Source: an uncultured Bacilli bacterium (GTDB taxonomy: Bacteria > Bacillota_I > Bacilli_A > RF39 > UBA660). From it: DNA of 64,000 bases. How positions within the stretch are numbered: the stretch's first letter is position 1; each line of letters starts with the position of its first letter. The notes beneath the pieces were generated by a model that saw nothing but the letters and a program-made list of their open reading frames with translations, did no database searches and was not told the origin of the DNA. The stretch is taken from assembly GCA_963931515.1 (NCBI GenBank), contig OZ007022.1:13747-77746 (forward strand), given 5' to 3'. This document shows positions 1-11,125 of the stretch, piece after piece. A program made the position numbers and the translations under genes.

Positions 1-115
1 CCGCAACGATTCCGTGACCCACTCCGGTGCGGTCCGCCCAGTCTTATATCTAAACTCCAACGTTCAAATTACTGGTGGAGATGGCAGTCAAAATAATCCA
101 TTTCAACTTGGATAA
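1..115 (+). CDS. 3' end of a surface/membrane-anchored protein gene; the partial ORF ends ...RPVLYLNSNVQITGGDGSQNNPFQLG*; paralog of the gene at 11937..12872
   Basis: Nucleotides 1-112 are about 85% identical to 12762-12873; the translated C-terminus matches the paralog's C-terminus. Confidence 0.5.
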   Translation, partial: RNDSVTHSGAVRPVLYLNSNVQITGGDGSQNNPFQLG

Positions 116-120
116 AATAA

Positions 121-145
121 AAAGGCTATTTTTGTAGCCTTTTTT
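121..145. terminator. bidirectional rho-independent terminator hairpin (AAAGGCTA-ttttg-TAGCCTTT plus a T-run)
   Basis: Perfect 8-bp stem with T-runs on both strands, lying between convergent genes. Confidence 0.5.
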
Positions 146-911
146 CTATGAAAACAATTATGTAATATAATAAGCTAGCCATTATAGCTAGTAGAATTAC
201 ACCAGTCATTACTAAGTTTAAATTAAATACTTGTGAACCATACATGATTAAGTAACCTACACCAGCTTTGGATACGAGAAATTCACCCATAATGACACCT
301 ATAAAGACAAGCCCTATGTTGACTTTGCAAACGCTTATTAAATTTGTGTAGTTACTTGGTAAGATTAATTTAAAGAATATTTGATGTGGTTTGGCTTTAA
401 AACTTTTGAGTAATCTTATTTTATTTTCATCAGTGGAGGTGAAGGCTTGCTGAACATTAATTATTGTAATAATGATTGATATAAATAATGCCATGATAAT
501 AATTGATTTGGTACTTGCACCGGCAATGATTATGATAATAGGTCCTAAAGAGACTTTAGGTAGACTATTTAATATGGTTAAATATGGGTCTATAACCTTA
601 GAGATAAATTTAAAGCGCCAAAGAATAGTAGCAATTAAAATACCGCCTATGGTTGCTATTAAAAAACTTATGATTACTTCATAGAAGGTAATCCATATGT
701 GATGAAATAAGGTGCCATCTTTATATAAGTTTACAATTGTATTAATAATAGCTTTTGGACTAGAGGAAATAAAGGTGTTTATTAAATTATGATTGGCGGC
801 AAATTGCCAGAGGAAGATTATTAGAAAGATTATTAAAAGTTGAGTGCATCTAATAAGGAATTTATTTATTTTTATTTTTTTTAGATAATTTTTATGTTCT
901 TCACTATACAT
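126..911 (-). CDS. ABC transporter permease, NitT/TauT (SsuC-like) family
   Basis: Six predicted TM helices and an ABC transmembrane-domain signature region; the ORF-track start is at 953, but the internal ATG at 911 has a GGAAGGAT RBS and gives the typical 8-nt overlap with the upstream ATPase gene. Confidence 0.8.
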   Translation of the reverse strand: MYSEEHKNYLKKIKINKFLIRCTQLLIIFLIIFLWQFAANHNLINTFISSSPKAIINTIVNLYKDGTLFHHIWITFYEVIISFLIATIGGILIATILWRFKFISKVIDPYLTILNSLPKVSLGPIIIIIAGASTKSIIIMALFISIIITIINVQQAFTSTDENKIRLLKSFKAKPHQIFFKLILPSNYTNLISVCKVNIGLVFIGVIMGEFLVSKAGVGYLIMYGSQVFNLNLVMTGVILLAIMASLLYYIIVFIEKRLQK

Positions 912-1647
912 GATAATCAATATCCTTCCATATTTTATCGTAGTAATAGGCAAATTCTTTGGCTTTTCGGTTTTGAATAGGTGTGCCTTTATTTGTTAAT
1001 TTAATTTCATAGATGTTTTTAATGGTACTTGGTCTTGAAGTTAGGACAATGACTCTATCGGCCATTGAAATTGCTTCTGAAAGATCATGGGTTACCATGA
1101 TGGCACTTTTTTTCTCTTTTTTGATGATTTTATAGACATCATCAGAAACGGCTAATCTAGTTTGATAATCTAGGGCTGAGAATGGTTCATCTAAAAACAG
1201 AATATCTGGTTTAGTGGCTAGAGTTCTAATTAAAGATACTCTTTGTCTCATACCACCTGATAAATTATGTGGATAGGCTTTTTTAAAGTCTTTCAAACCA
1301 TAGGTGTCTAATAGGTTATTTACGTAATCTAGGTTTTTTTTAGTTAATTTATTTTCTAGTTCTAGTCCTAATAAGCAGTTTTTATAGATTGTGCGCCAAT
1401 CAAATAGGTTATCTCCTTGAAGCATATAACCGAATTTTAGGCTTTTGTCAATTTCAATTTTTCCACTTGAGGCGTTATCTAAACCGCAGAGAATGGAAAG
1501 TATAGTACTTTTTCCACAGCCACTAGGCCCGACGATGGCGACAAATTCACCTTGTTTTAAATTAAAAGAAAAATTATCCACAGCTAATATTTCATTATTT
1601 TTTGTGTGATAAGTTTTTCTTAAATTTTTAACTTTTAAAATATCCAT
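904..1647 (-). CDS. ABC transporter ATP-binding protein (SsuB/TauB-like)
   Basis: Walker A GPSGCGKST, ABC signature LSGGMRQRV, Walker B ILFLDEP. Confidence 0.9.
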   Translation of the reverse strand: MDILKVKNLRKTYHTKNNEILAVDNFSFNLKQGEFVAIVGPSGCGKSTILSILCGLDNASSGKIEIDKSLKFGYMLQGDNLFDWRTIYKNCLLGLELENKLTKKNLDYVNNLLDTYGLKDFKKAYPHNLSGGMRQRVSLIRTLATKPDILFLDEPFSALDYQTRLAVSDDVYKIIKKEKKSAIMVTHDLSEAISMADRVIVLTSRPSTIKNIYEIKLTNKGTPIQNRKAKEFAYYYDKIWKDIDYHV

Positions 1648-2633
1648 TATTTTTGAGCGTATGTGTTATCAACTAATTTATTATAAGGTGCATTTTTGTC
1701 TAATTGTCCGGCATTTTTTACTATTTCTTCTATGTGATTAAAATCTTCTTCTGATATGTATGTTGTATCATACCAAGAATCAATGTCTTTATATCTTTGA
1801 ACTATTTCGGTTAAATCTTCTGCTTTGGTGTCTGGGAAGTAGTCTTTAATATTTTCAGCGATTTCTTCACTTGTGTGATTATGAACATAGTCTAGACCCT
1901 TTTGAATAGCTTTTGTGAATCCTTCTATAACATCTGGGTTTTCTTCAATATAGCTTTTTTTAGCATTATAAGTGGTATAAGGAACGTTACCTCCTAGTTC
2001 ACCGATTGAGGCTACGATGTGGCCATATCCTTCTTTTTCTAGTTCTGATGCAGTTGGTTCAAATAAAGCAACATAGTCACCAGTTCCTCCTATGAATGCA
2101 CCTGACATAGATGCGAAGTCGATACTAGTGTCGATATTGGTTTCATCACTTTTGATACCATTGATATTTAAAGCGTATTCTAAGGTCATAGCTGGCATTC
2201 CGCCTTCTCTACCTCCAATGATATGTTTACCTTTTAAATCTTCTAAGTTAAAATTATCTGTGTCTTTTCTGGCAACTAAGAAACTACCATCTTTTTTTGT
2301 TAAGCCAGCAAAATTTATTAGATAATCTTTATTTCCTTGGTTATAGTTATAAATTGTGGATTCGCTACCACAAAAACCGATTTGAACATCATCAGATAAA
2401 ACGGCTGCAGTTACTTTGTCAGCGCCTGATGTTAAAATTATTTCAACATCTAAGCCTTCTTCTTTAAAGTAACCTAGTGAATGAGCAATATACTGTGGTG
2501 CGTAGAATATACTGTGGGTTACTTCAGCAACTTTAACTTTAGTTAATCCTTTCTCTTCTTCTTTTGGAGTAAAAACGAAAAAGCCAGTAATTATTAGGCC
2601 AATGGCTAATAGGGCAATTATAATTTTTTTCAA
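1647..2633 (-). CDS. ABC transporter substrate-binding lipoprotein, NMT1/THI5-SsuA-like (sulfonate/nitrate/taurine family)
   Basis: N-terminal signal/TM segment; periplasmic binding fold; stop/start overlap with the ATPase gene. Confidence 0.75.
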   Translation of the reverse strand: MKKIIIALLAIGLIITGFFVFTPKEEEKGLTKVKVAEVTHSIFYAPQYIAHSLGYFKEEGLDVEIILTSGADKVTAAVLSDDVQIGFCGSESTIYNYNQGNKDYLINFAGLTKKDGSFLVARKDTDNFNLEDLKGKHIIGGREGGMPAMTLEYALNINGIKSDETNIDTSIDFASMSGAFIGGTGDYVALFEPTASELEKEGYGHIVASIGELGGNVPYTTYNAKKSYIEENPDVIEGFTKAIQKGLDYVHNHTSEEIAENIKDYFPDTKAEDLTEIVQRYKDIDSWYDTTYISEEDFNHIEEIVKNAGQLDKNAPYNKLVDNTYAQK

Positions 2634-2763
2634 GAACTCCTCTCCTTTCTAACTTTCATAGTATTATATTCATAATTTTCTAAAAGGTTTTAAAAGATTA
2701 TCAAAAGGCTAAAAAATAATGGACAAAGTGTGGTAAAATGTATATAGATTGGAAGGGATATTA

Positions 2764-3213
2764 ATGAATGATAATATAAATTCTAGTTTGGTTATAATAA
2801 TAGATAGAGATGGTTATACTTTTGATATGGGGAAATTGACGGATGTTAAAACACATGCTGAATATTTGAGTAAGTTTCTTAAACAGAATTATGATGGTTT
2901 TGATGGGGTTGATAAAAGTACACCAGTTAATAAAGTTATTGATGTTTTAACAGATTTTGGTAATGTGGTTTTTTTAAACGAAAGACTTTTTGGGGCTATT
3001 TTTATTCCTAGTGATTTGAATGATAAACAATTGTCGGCTATTTATAATTTATCTTTAGAAATAGGTGATAGACCAGTAGTTTTAAATCAAAAACCTAATA
3101 TGGATTTAGGTTATCCTCTTTATCAAGTTAATAGTGTAGATGAAAGTGTGAATTTAAAAGAGGTAATTGACAAATATTTGGAATCTAAGAAAGTAAGAGG
3201 ACGTCAAAAATAA
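2764..3213 (+). CDS. hypothetical protein, paralog 1 of a five-gene tandem family
   Basis: GGAAGGGA RBS before the ATG at 2764; shares hhhhDxDG...H...L...GNVVFLN...G..Y.P..LxDKQ motifs with the next four ORFs. Confidence 0.6.
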   Translation: MNDNINSSLVIIIDRDGYTFDMGKLTDVKTHAEYLSKFLKQNYDGFDGVDKSTPVNKVIDVLTDFGNVVFLNERLFGAIFIPSDLNDKQLSAIYNLSLEIGDRPVVLNQKPNMDLGYPLYQVNSVDESVNLKEVIDKYLESKKVRGRQK

Positions 3214-3659
3214 TGGATAAAAAGAAATTCAATCCAAAAGTTGCTATTATTGATAGTGATGGTCAAGTATATATGGTTGGAAGGGAAAATGAGGCTAGGT
3301 TACATGTTCCATATTTACTGAAGTTACTTCATTTTAAATATCCAAATATTGAAGTTGGTAGTGTAGCAAATAGTAATGCACGTGATCGTTTGGCTTATAT
3401 ATTAGTAGAGCTTGGTAATGTTGTTTATCTTAATGATGTAAGTTTTGGTATGGTTTATTTTCCAAAGGAACTTACTGATAAACAATTAAAAACCATAGAT
3501 ATTTTAGATTTAGATAAAAAGGTATTGGTATGTCATAGTCCTAGGGAAATGGGCGGTAATATTAATTTTAGGAATTTTGGTTTAGATGGTGATTATAATT
3601 TACAAGAAGCTACTTTAGAGTATTTAGAAAATACAAAAATTCATGAACGAAGGAAATGA
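3213..3659 (+). CDS. hypothetical protein, paralog 2
   Basis: Start overlaps the stop of paralog 1; conserved family motifs (VAIIDSDGQVYMVG, GNVVYLN, LTDKQL). Confidence 0.6.
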   Translation: MDKKKFNPKVAIIDSDGQVYMVGRENEARLHVPYLLKLLHFKYPNIEVGSVANSNARDRLAYILVELGNVVYLNDVSFGMVYFPKELTDKQLKTIDILDLDKKVLVCHSPREMGGNINFRNFGLDGDYNLQEATLEYLENTKIHERRK

Positions 3660-4096
3660 TTAATTTGAAAAATATTGATGATTATACATTGGTGATTGTA
3701 GGTACTAATGGGGCTATAGAATATTTTGGGGAAAAAGAAGAATATAGATATCATATTGAGGCTTTGAAGGATTATTTTTATACTTATTATTTTGATTTGG
3801 CAAATAAAGTAGATGCGGATAATATGAGAAATAACGAAGATATTATCTTTTATTTGAATCAGTTTGGTAAATGTGTTATTTTAAATTCAGATGGTTATGC
3901 ACTTTGTTATGTGCCTTTAGATATTAATAATAATCAGAAGGTAACTTTGTATAATTTGTTTCAAAAATGTTTAAGTAAGAAAATTTATATAGAAACTGAT
4001 TTTAATGGTGAAAAAAGAATTTTTAAATATACTGGTGATGATAGTATAAATTTTTTAGGAAACAGTGAGGTTAAGGATAATGGAAGATGTATCTAA
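3656..4096 (+). CDS. hypothetical protein, paralog 3
   Basis: ATGA start/stop overlap with paralog 2; family motifs present but the most divergent member. Confidence 0.55.
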   Translation: MINLKNIDDYTLVIVGTNGAIEYFGEKEEYRYHIEALKDYFYTYYFDLANKVDADNMRNNEDIIFYLNQFGKCVILNSDGYALCYVPLDINNNQKVTLYNLFQKCLSKKIYIETDFNGEKRIFKYTGDDSINFLGNSEVKDNGRCI

Positions 4097-4529
4097 TTAT
4101 ATGGCAGTGGTGATTGAAGATAATGGAAATATTAATTATTTAGGATTGGATTTTAGTTTTTCTTTTCATGATGAATGTTTAATTGATTATGCGAAAGATA
4201 AATATCCAAAAGTTGCTTTGTTTGAAAATATTGATTATATGGATCAACCACTTGTTATTGTTTATTATTTAACTAAATTACGTAATATTGTTTTTACAAA
4301 TGTGTCTGTAGATGATGAGAAAAGAGGTATGCTTTATATACCTGATAGTTTAACAGATAAGCAGATTAAACCTTTGAATGATTTGATGAGCAAAATTATG
4401 GATTTTAAGGTTTACATTGAATATGATTTACATTATGATGATATGGTTATGTCATCAGAGATGGTTTTAAATGATATGGCTGAATTTAATGAGTTTTGTA
4501 CTCAAAGAAAATTAAATACAAGGAGATAA
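4080..4529 (+). CDS. hypothetical protein, paralog 4
   Basis: The internal ATG at 4080 has an RBS; motifs MAVVIEDNGNINYLG, RNIVFTN, LTDKQI. Confidence 0.55.
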   Translation: MEDVSNYMAVVIEDNGNINYLGLDFSFSFHDECLIDYAKDKYPKVALFENIDYMDQPLVIVYYLTKLRNIVFTNVSVDDEKRGMLYIPDSLTDKQIKPLNDLMSKIMDFKVYIEYDLHYDDMVMSSEMVLNDMAEFNEFCTQRKLNTRR

Positions 4530-4531
4530 TT

Positions 4532-5029
4532 ATGAAAAATAAAATAGATGACTATAAATTGGTTATTATAACAGGTGAAAATGAAAAAAGTGATGATATA
4601 GATGGTGAAGTTATTTTTGCTGGAAAGAATGAAGATTATTCTTTTCATATTCATGCTTTAATTGATTATTCAAGAGGTAGATATCCAAATGTAAATGTGT
4701 TTCAGCACATTAATGATAGACATCTGCCTAATGTTCCAATATTCTTTTTAACATGGTTAAATAGTATTGTTTATGCAAATACTTCTAGTGAACGAGCTGG
4801 AAACTGTGGTATGCTTTATATGCCAGATGAGATAAGTGAGAAGCAAAGGGAAGCGTTATTAAAGCTTGCTGAGGCTATTCCAACTGCGCAAGTGGGTATT
4901 GTCTATGATATGGATTTTGATGATGGAGAAGTGAAATTAAAGGAGTTTAAGTATAAAAAAAGTCATAGTTTTTATGAAGCTTTGAATGAATTTTTAAAAA
5001 TGAATGAAAAAAAGTCTAAAAAAATTTAG
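4532..5029 (+). CDS. hypothetical protein, paralog 5
   Basis: AAGGAGAT RBS before the ATG at 4532; motifs LVIITGENE..DGEVIFAG, NSIVYAN, ISEKQ. Confidence 0.6.
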   Translation: MKNKIDDYKLVIITGENEKSDDIDGEVIFAGKNEDYSFHIHALIDYSRGRYPNVNVFQHINDRHLPNVPIFFLTWLNSIVYANTSSERAGNCGMLYMPDEISEKQREALLKLAEAIPTAQVGIVYDMDFDDGEVKLKEFKYKKSHSFYEALNEFLKMNEKKSKKI

Positions 5030-5037
5030 ACTTTTTT
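5013..5037. terminator. palindromic bidirectional terminator (AGTCTAAA-aaaa-TTTAGACT plus a T-run) overlapping both convergent stop codons
   Basis: Perfect 8-bp inverted repeat with T-runs on both strands. Confidence 0.55.
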
Positions 5038-5742
5038 AAGTTTTCCGTTTTTTAACAAATTTAATAATTTTATATTTTGAGAGTATGAGCCATGATAACT
5101 TGTAATGCCATTATTTTCAGCTAGTTTTTTTCGGTAACTATATGAACTATTTTCGCCTATTGATTTTAGAGCGTCGACAATTGATCCATGGTGGTAATTA
5201 GAAGCATTTAAATATGTATTTTTTGTGTTAGTTACTTTTTTTATTGAAGTAGATTGTTTAATAGTTTGAGTGGTATTTGTTTTATTATTAGGAGTAGTTT
5301 CTACCTGTTTAGATGGGGTGTTTAAAGAATGTAGAGGATTTTCTTTAATGTTATTAGAATTCCGCACTTCTAAATGTAGGTGTTTGCCATAAGCATTACC
5401 AGTTTCTCCGATGGTACCTATTATGTCGCCTTTATTTATTTTTTGCCCTTTGTGTACTTGGATGCTGCCGTGTTTTATATGAGCATATAAGGCGGTTTTA
5501 CCATTGTCTTGTTTAATTTTAACGTAGTTTCCATAGGTAGCAGTTCCTTTACTTTTGTGGTTAGTTCCTTTAATGTTGTTGACAACAGTTTCAACGGTAC
5601 CATTTTCTATGGCTATAATTTTTGCTTCACTTTTATCACTAGCTACGATGTCAATTGCTTTGTGTCCTTGGTCATAGTCGTTAGTTATGACCTCATTCAT
5701 GCTTTCTAATACATGAGTAATTATTAAATCACCTCCTTTCAT
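5026..5742 (-). CDS. M23 family metallopeptidase (lysostaphin/LytM-like) with a Thr/Asn-rich linker and a C-terminal putative cell-wall-binding module; no signal peptide
   Basis: HxxxD (GHKAIDI) and HxH (HLHLE) zinc motifs; low-complexity TN-rich linker; about 55-aa C-terminal domain. Confidence 0.8.
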   Translation of the reverse strand: MKGGDLIITHVLESMNEVITNDYDQGHKAIDIVASDKSEAKIIAIENGTVETVVNNIKGTNHKSKGTATYGNYVKIKQDNGKTALYAHIKHGSIQVHKGQKINKGDIIGTIGETGNAYGKHLHLEVRNSNNIKENPLHSLNTPSKQVETTPNNKTNTTQTIKQSTSIKKVTNTKNTYLNASNYHHGSIVDALKSIGENSSYSYRKKLAENNGITSYHGSYSQNIKLLNLLKNGKLKKV

Positions 5743-5832
5743 AGATTAATATACGATGTCAAATGGTGGATTTCCTTCTTTTTTCTAAAAAAATCAAAAA
5801 AAATTTGGTATAATAGTATTGGTGAAGAGTAA

Positions 5833-7911
5833 ATGGACTTAAGCACATTAAATGATAAACAAAAAGAAGCAGTGGAATGGCCAGATGGTCCGATACTTGT
5901 TTTAGCAGGGGCTGGAAGTGGTAAGACGAGAGTTTTGACAACGAAACTGGCTTATTTGGTTAATGAAAAAGGAGTTAATCCTTATAATATATTAGCAATT
6001 ACGTTTACGAATAAAGCGGCTAAGGAGATGAAAGAGAGATCTTTTAAGATGCTTGGAAGTGATGCATATCATATGCAGATATCGACATTTCACTCTTTAG
6101 GATTACTTTTAATTAGAGAAAATTACGAAAAACTTGGTTTTGATAAGAATTTTACGATTTTAGATAGTGATGATAGTTTAACAATTATTAAAAAGATTTT
6201 AAAGGATATGAATTTGGATCCGAAGGTTTATAATCCAAGAGCAATTAGAAATAAAATAAGTAGTGCGAAAAATGAACTTATGGATTCTAATTATTATAGT
6301 AGATTCGCTAATTCTGAATATGAAGAAATTGTTTTAGAAGTTTTTAAAAGGTATGAACAAAAAGTAGTTAAGAATAATTCGATGGATTTTGATGATTTAC
6401 TTTTACTTCCAATTAAATTATTTAAAAAATATCCAGATGTTTTAGAAAAGTATCAAGATAGGTTTAAGTATATTTTAGTTGATGAGTATCAAGATACTAA
6501 TGAAGCACAGTATATTTTAATTAAAATGCTTAGTAAGAAATATAAAAATATATGTGTGGTGGGTGATTTAGATCAATCAATATATGGATTTAGAGGAGCT
6601 AATTTTAGAAATATTCTTAATTTTGAAAAGGATTATCCAGATGCGAAGGTTGTTCCTTTAGAGGAAAATTATCGTTCAACGGGAAATATTTTAAATGTGG
6701 CTAACGATATAATTAAACATAATAAGCAAAGGAAAGAAAAAAAATTATGGACTAAAAATGACAATGGTCCGAAGATTCGTTATCATAGAGCTTATGATGA
6801 AAAAGATGAGGCTAATTATGTGATGGAGGAGATAAGAAAATTAATTGTTAGTGGTGAGCCTAAATCTTCTATTGCAGTTTTATATAGGACGAATGCCCAG
6901 TCGCGTAATATGGAAGAAGCATTGTTACGTGATAATATTCCTTATAAGGTAGTTGGAAGTTTTTATTTCTATAATAGAAAAGAAATTAAGGATTTAATTA
7001 GTTATTTAAAGCTTATTTATAATTCTAATGACGATGTTAGTTTGCTTAGAATTATTAATGTGCCTAAAAGACAGATTGGACCTAAGACTATAGAGAATTT
7101 GGCGACTAAGGCGATGGAAAAAGGTGTTTCTTTATATGAAGCCATTGATAGTGGTAAGGAACTGGAGTTTAAAAAGTTAATTGAAAAGTTAAAAGACGAA
7201 AGTGAAAATGTCTCTTTAACTGAACTTGTTGAAATGATTTTGGTAGAATCCGGAATGAGAAAGGAACTTGAAAGTTCTAAAACTTTGGAAGCTGAGGTTA
7301 GACTTGAGAACTTAGAGGAGTTTAAGTCTATAACGAAGAATTTTGAAGAAAATAATGGAGTTATTTCTTTAGAGGAGTTTTTACTTGAGATAAGTTTGGT
7401 TTCAGATATTGAGGAGCATAAAAATAACAATGATGTGGTAACGCTTATGACGATTCATTCGGCTAAGGGGTTAGAGTTTGACCATGTATTTATAATTGGT
7501 TTAGAAGAAGGGTTATTTCCACATATGAATTCGCTTAATAGTTCTGATGAGATAGAGGAGGAAAGACGCCTTTGTTATGTGGCAGTAACTAGAGCTAGGA
7601 AGACCTTAACTTTAGTGAATGCAGAGAGAAGAATGCTTTATGGAAATACGAATTGTAATCCACCTAGTAGATTTATTTCAGAGATTAGTGATGAGTATTT
7701 AGATAAAGATATTAAAGAAGATAGTAAGTTTAACCGTGATGAAATGATTGATGAGACAGCTGAATATAGTGTTGGTGACCATGTGATTCACGATATTTAT
7801 GGTGAGGGTGTGGTTGTTGCACTAGGTGGTAGTGTTCTATCTATTGCTTTTAGTCATCCATATGGAATAAAAAAAATTATGAAAGGTCATAAAAGTATTA
7901 GAAAGGTGTGA
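5833..7911 (+). CDS. pcrA: ATP-dependent DNA helicase PcrA (UvrD family)
   Basis: Walker A AGAGSGKTRVLT; UvrD/Rep helicase motifs; 692 aa; extended -10 TGgTATAAT upstream. Confidence 0.9.
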   Translation: MDLSTLNDKQKEAVEWPDGPILVLAGAGSGKTRVLTTKLAYLVNEKGVNPYNILAITFTNKAAKEMKERSFKMLGSDAYHMQISTFHSLGLLLIRENYEKLGFDKNFTILDSDDSLTIIKKILKDMNLDPKVYNPRAIRNKISSAKNELMDSNYYSRFANSEYEEIVLEVFKRYEQKVVKNNSMDFDDLLLLPIKLFKKYPDVLEKYQDRFKYILVDEYQDTNEAQYILIKMLSKKYKNICVVGDLDQSIYGFRGANFRNILNFEKDYPDAKVVPLEENYRSTGNILNVANDIIKHNKQRKEKKLWTKNDNGPKIRYHRAYDEKDEANYVMEEIRKLIVSGEPKSSIAVLYRTNAQSRNMEEALLRDNIPYKVVGSFYFYNRKEIKDLISYLKLIYNSNDDVSLLRIINVPKRQIGPKTIENLATKAMEKGVSLYEAIDSGKELEFKKLIEKLKDESENVSLTELVEMILVESGMRKELESSKTLEAEVRLENLEEFKSITKNFEENNGVISLEEFLLEISLVSDIEEHKNNNDVVTLMTIHSAKGLEFDHVFIIGLEEGLFPHMNSLNSSDEIEEERRLCYVAVTRARKTLTLVNAERRMLYGNTNCNPPSRFISEISDEYLDKDIKEDSKFNRDEMIDETAEYSVGDHVIHDIYGEGVVVALGGSVLSIAFSHPYGIKKIMKGHKSIRKV

Positions 7912-7916
7912 TTTTA

Positions 7917-8078
7917 ATGATGCTTGATATTATTGAATCAATTAATGAGTTTGTTGAACCATTTAAGGGTTGGATTGAGGATAATCATAATAATCCTTTT
8001 ATGTGGCTTGCATTTGTGTTGATAGGAATTGCGGTTTTTGCAATTACTTATAATGCGCTTAATAAAAATAATCAGTAG
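7917..8078 (+). CDS. small hypothetical membrane protein (53 aa, one TM helix)
   Basis: ATG 9 nt after an AGGTG; hydrophobic stretch FMWLAFVLIGIAVFAITYNAL; lies between pcrA and the next gene. Confidence 0.3.
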   Translation: MMLDIIESINEFVEPFKGWIEDNHNNPFMWLAFVLIGIAVFAITYNALNKNNQ

Positions 8079-8086
8079 GAGGTTTT

Positions 8087-9010
8087 ATGGATTATACATT
8101 AGTAGTTATGGCGGCTGGAATGGGTAGTAGATTTGGCGGCTTGAAACAAATGGAACCGGTTGGACCAAATGGAGAGTTTATTATTGATTACTCTGTTTAT
8201 GATGCTATTCGCGCTGGTTTTAATAAAGTGGTATTTATTATTAGAAAAGATTTCTATGATGATTTTAGAGAAACTATTGGTAAAAGATTAGAAGGACAGG
8301 TAAACGTCAGTTATGTTTTTCAGGAGTTAGATGATTTACCTAAGGGATATTTATGTCCAAGTTCTAGAACAAAACCTTGGGGGACTGGTGCGGCTATTTA
8401 TAGTGCGCGTGATAATATTAATGGTAATTTTGCAGTCATTAATGCGGATGATTTTTATGGGGCAGATGCTTATAAGGTGCTTTTTGATTATGTGAAAAAT
8501 AATTTTGATGAGGATAAAGGTTTAGCTTTGTGCTATGAAGTTGGTAATACTTTGTCTAAAAATGGTAGTGTTAAAAGAGGAATAGCTAGTAGTGAAAACG
8601 GACTTTTAACTGGTATTACAGAAAGTAAGATTGAAGCTTGTGATGGTTATGTAGTTGCTAAACCGTTAGATGGTAGTAAGCCATTTGAAACACCTAATGA
8701 TACTTTAGTAACAGTTAATTTATTTGGATTTACTCCTAAGATGAAAGATATTATTGTGGATAATTTTTCTGTGTTTTTGAATGATAATATTGATAAATTA
8801 GATAGTGAATATTTGGTTCCTGATATTATTAATAGTGAAATTAATAAAGGTAATATTTCTTTTGATATTAAAGGAACTAGTTCTAAATGGTATGGTGTGA
8901 CTTACAAAGAAGATAAAGATGAGTTAGTAGAGGCTATTGATGAATATATTAGAGAAGGAGTATATCCGAATAAGTTATTTGAAAGTGGAAAAGTGCTTTG
9001 TAAAAAATAA
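8087..9010 (+). CDS. sugar-phosphate nucleotidyltransferase family protein (NTP_transferase fold)
   Basis: N-terminal MAAGMGSRFGG..KQ glycine-rich nucleotide-binding motif typical of sugar nucleotidyltransferases. Confidence 0.55.
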   Translation: MDYTLVVMAAGMGSRFGGLKQMEPVGPNGEFIIDYSVYDAIRAGFNKVVFIIRKDFYDDFRETIGKRLEGQVNVSYVFQELDDLPKGYLCPSSRTKPWGTGAAIYSARDNINGNFAVINADDFYGADAYKVLFDYVKNNFDEDKGLALCYEVGNTLSKNGSVKRGIASSENGLLTGITESKIEACDGYVVAKPLDGSKPFETPNDTLVTVNLFGFTPKMKDIIVDNFSVFLNDNIDKLDSEYLVPDIINSEINKGNISFDIKGTSSKWYGVTYKEDKDELVEAIDEYIREGVYPNKLFESGKVLCKK

Positions 9011-9070
9011 AAAGTTGGTATTTTATCAACTTTTTATAGTGGTTTATTTTTGTTAATTTTATATAAATAA

Positions 9071-11089
<2,019 letters not shown>

Positions 11090-11125
11090 TAGATTATTTG
11101 GTTAGTTTTAGGAGTATAATAGTTT

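Noticed and set aside
7017-7430. 137-aa ORF on the minus strand
   Set aside because: It lies entirely antisense within pcrA, is Ser/Leu-rich and low-complexity, and is typical of spurious antisense ORFs in AT-rich DNA
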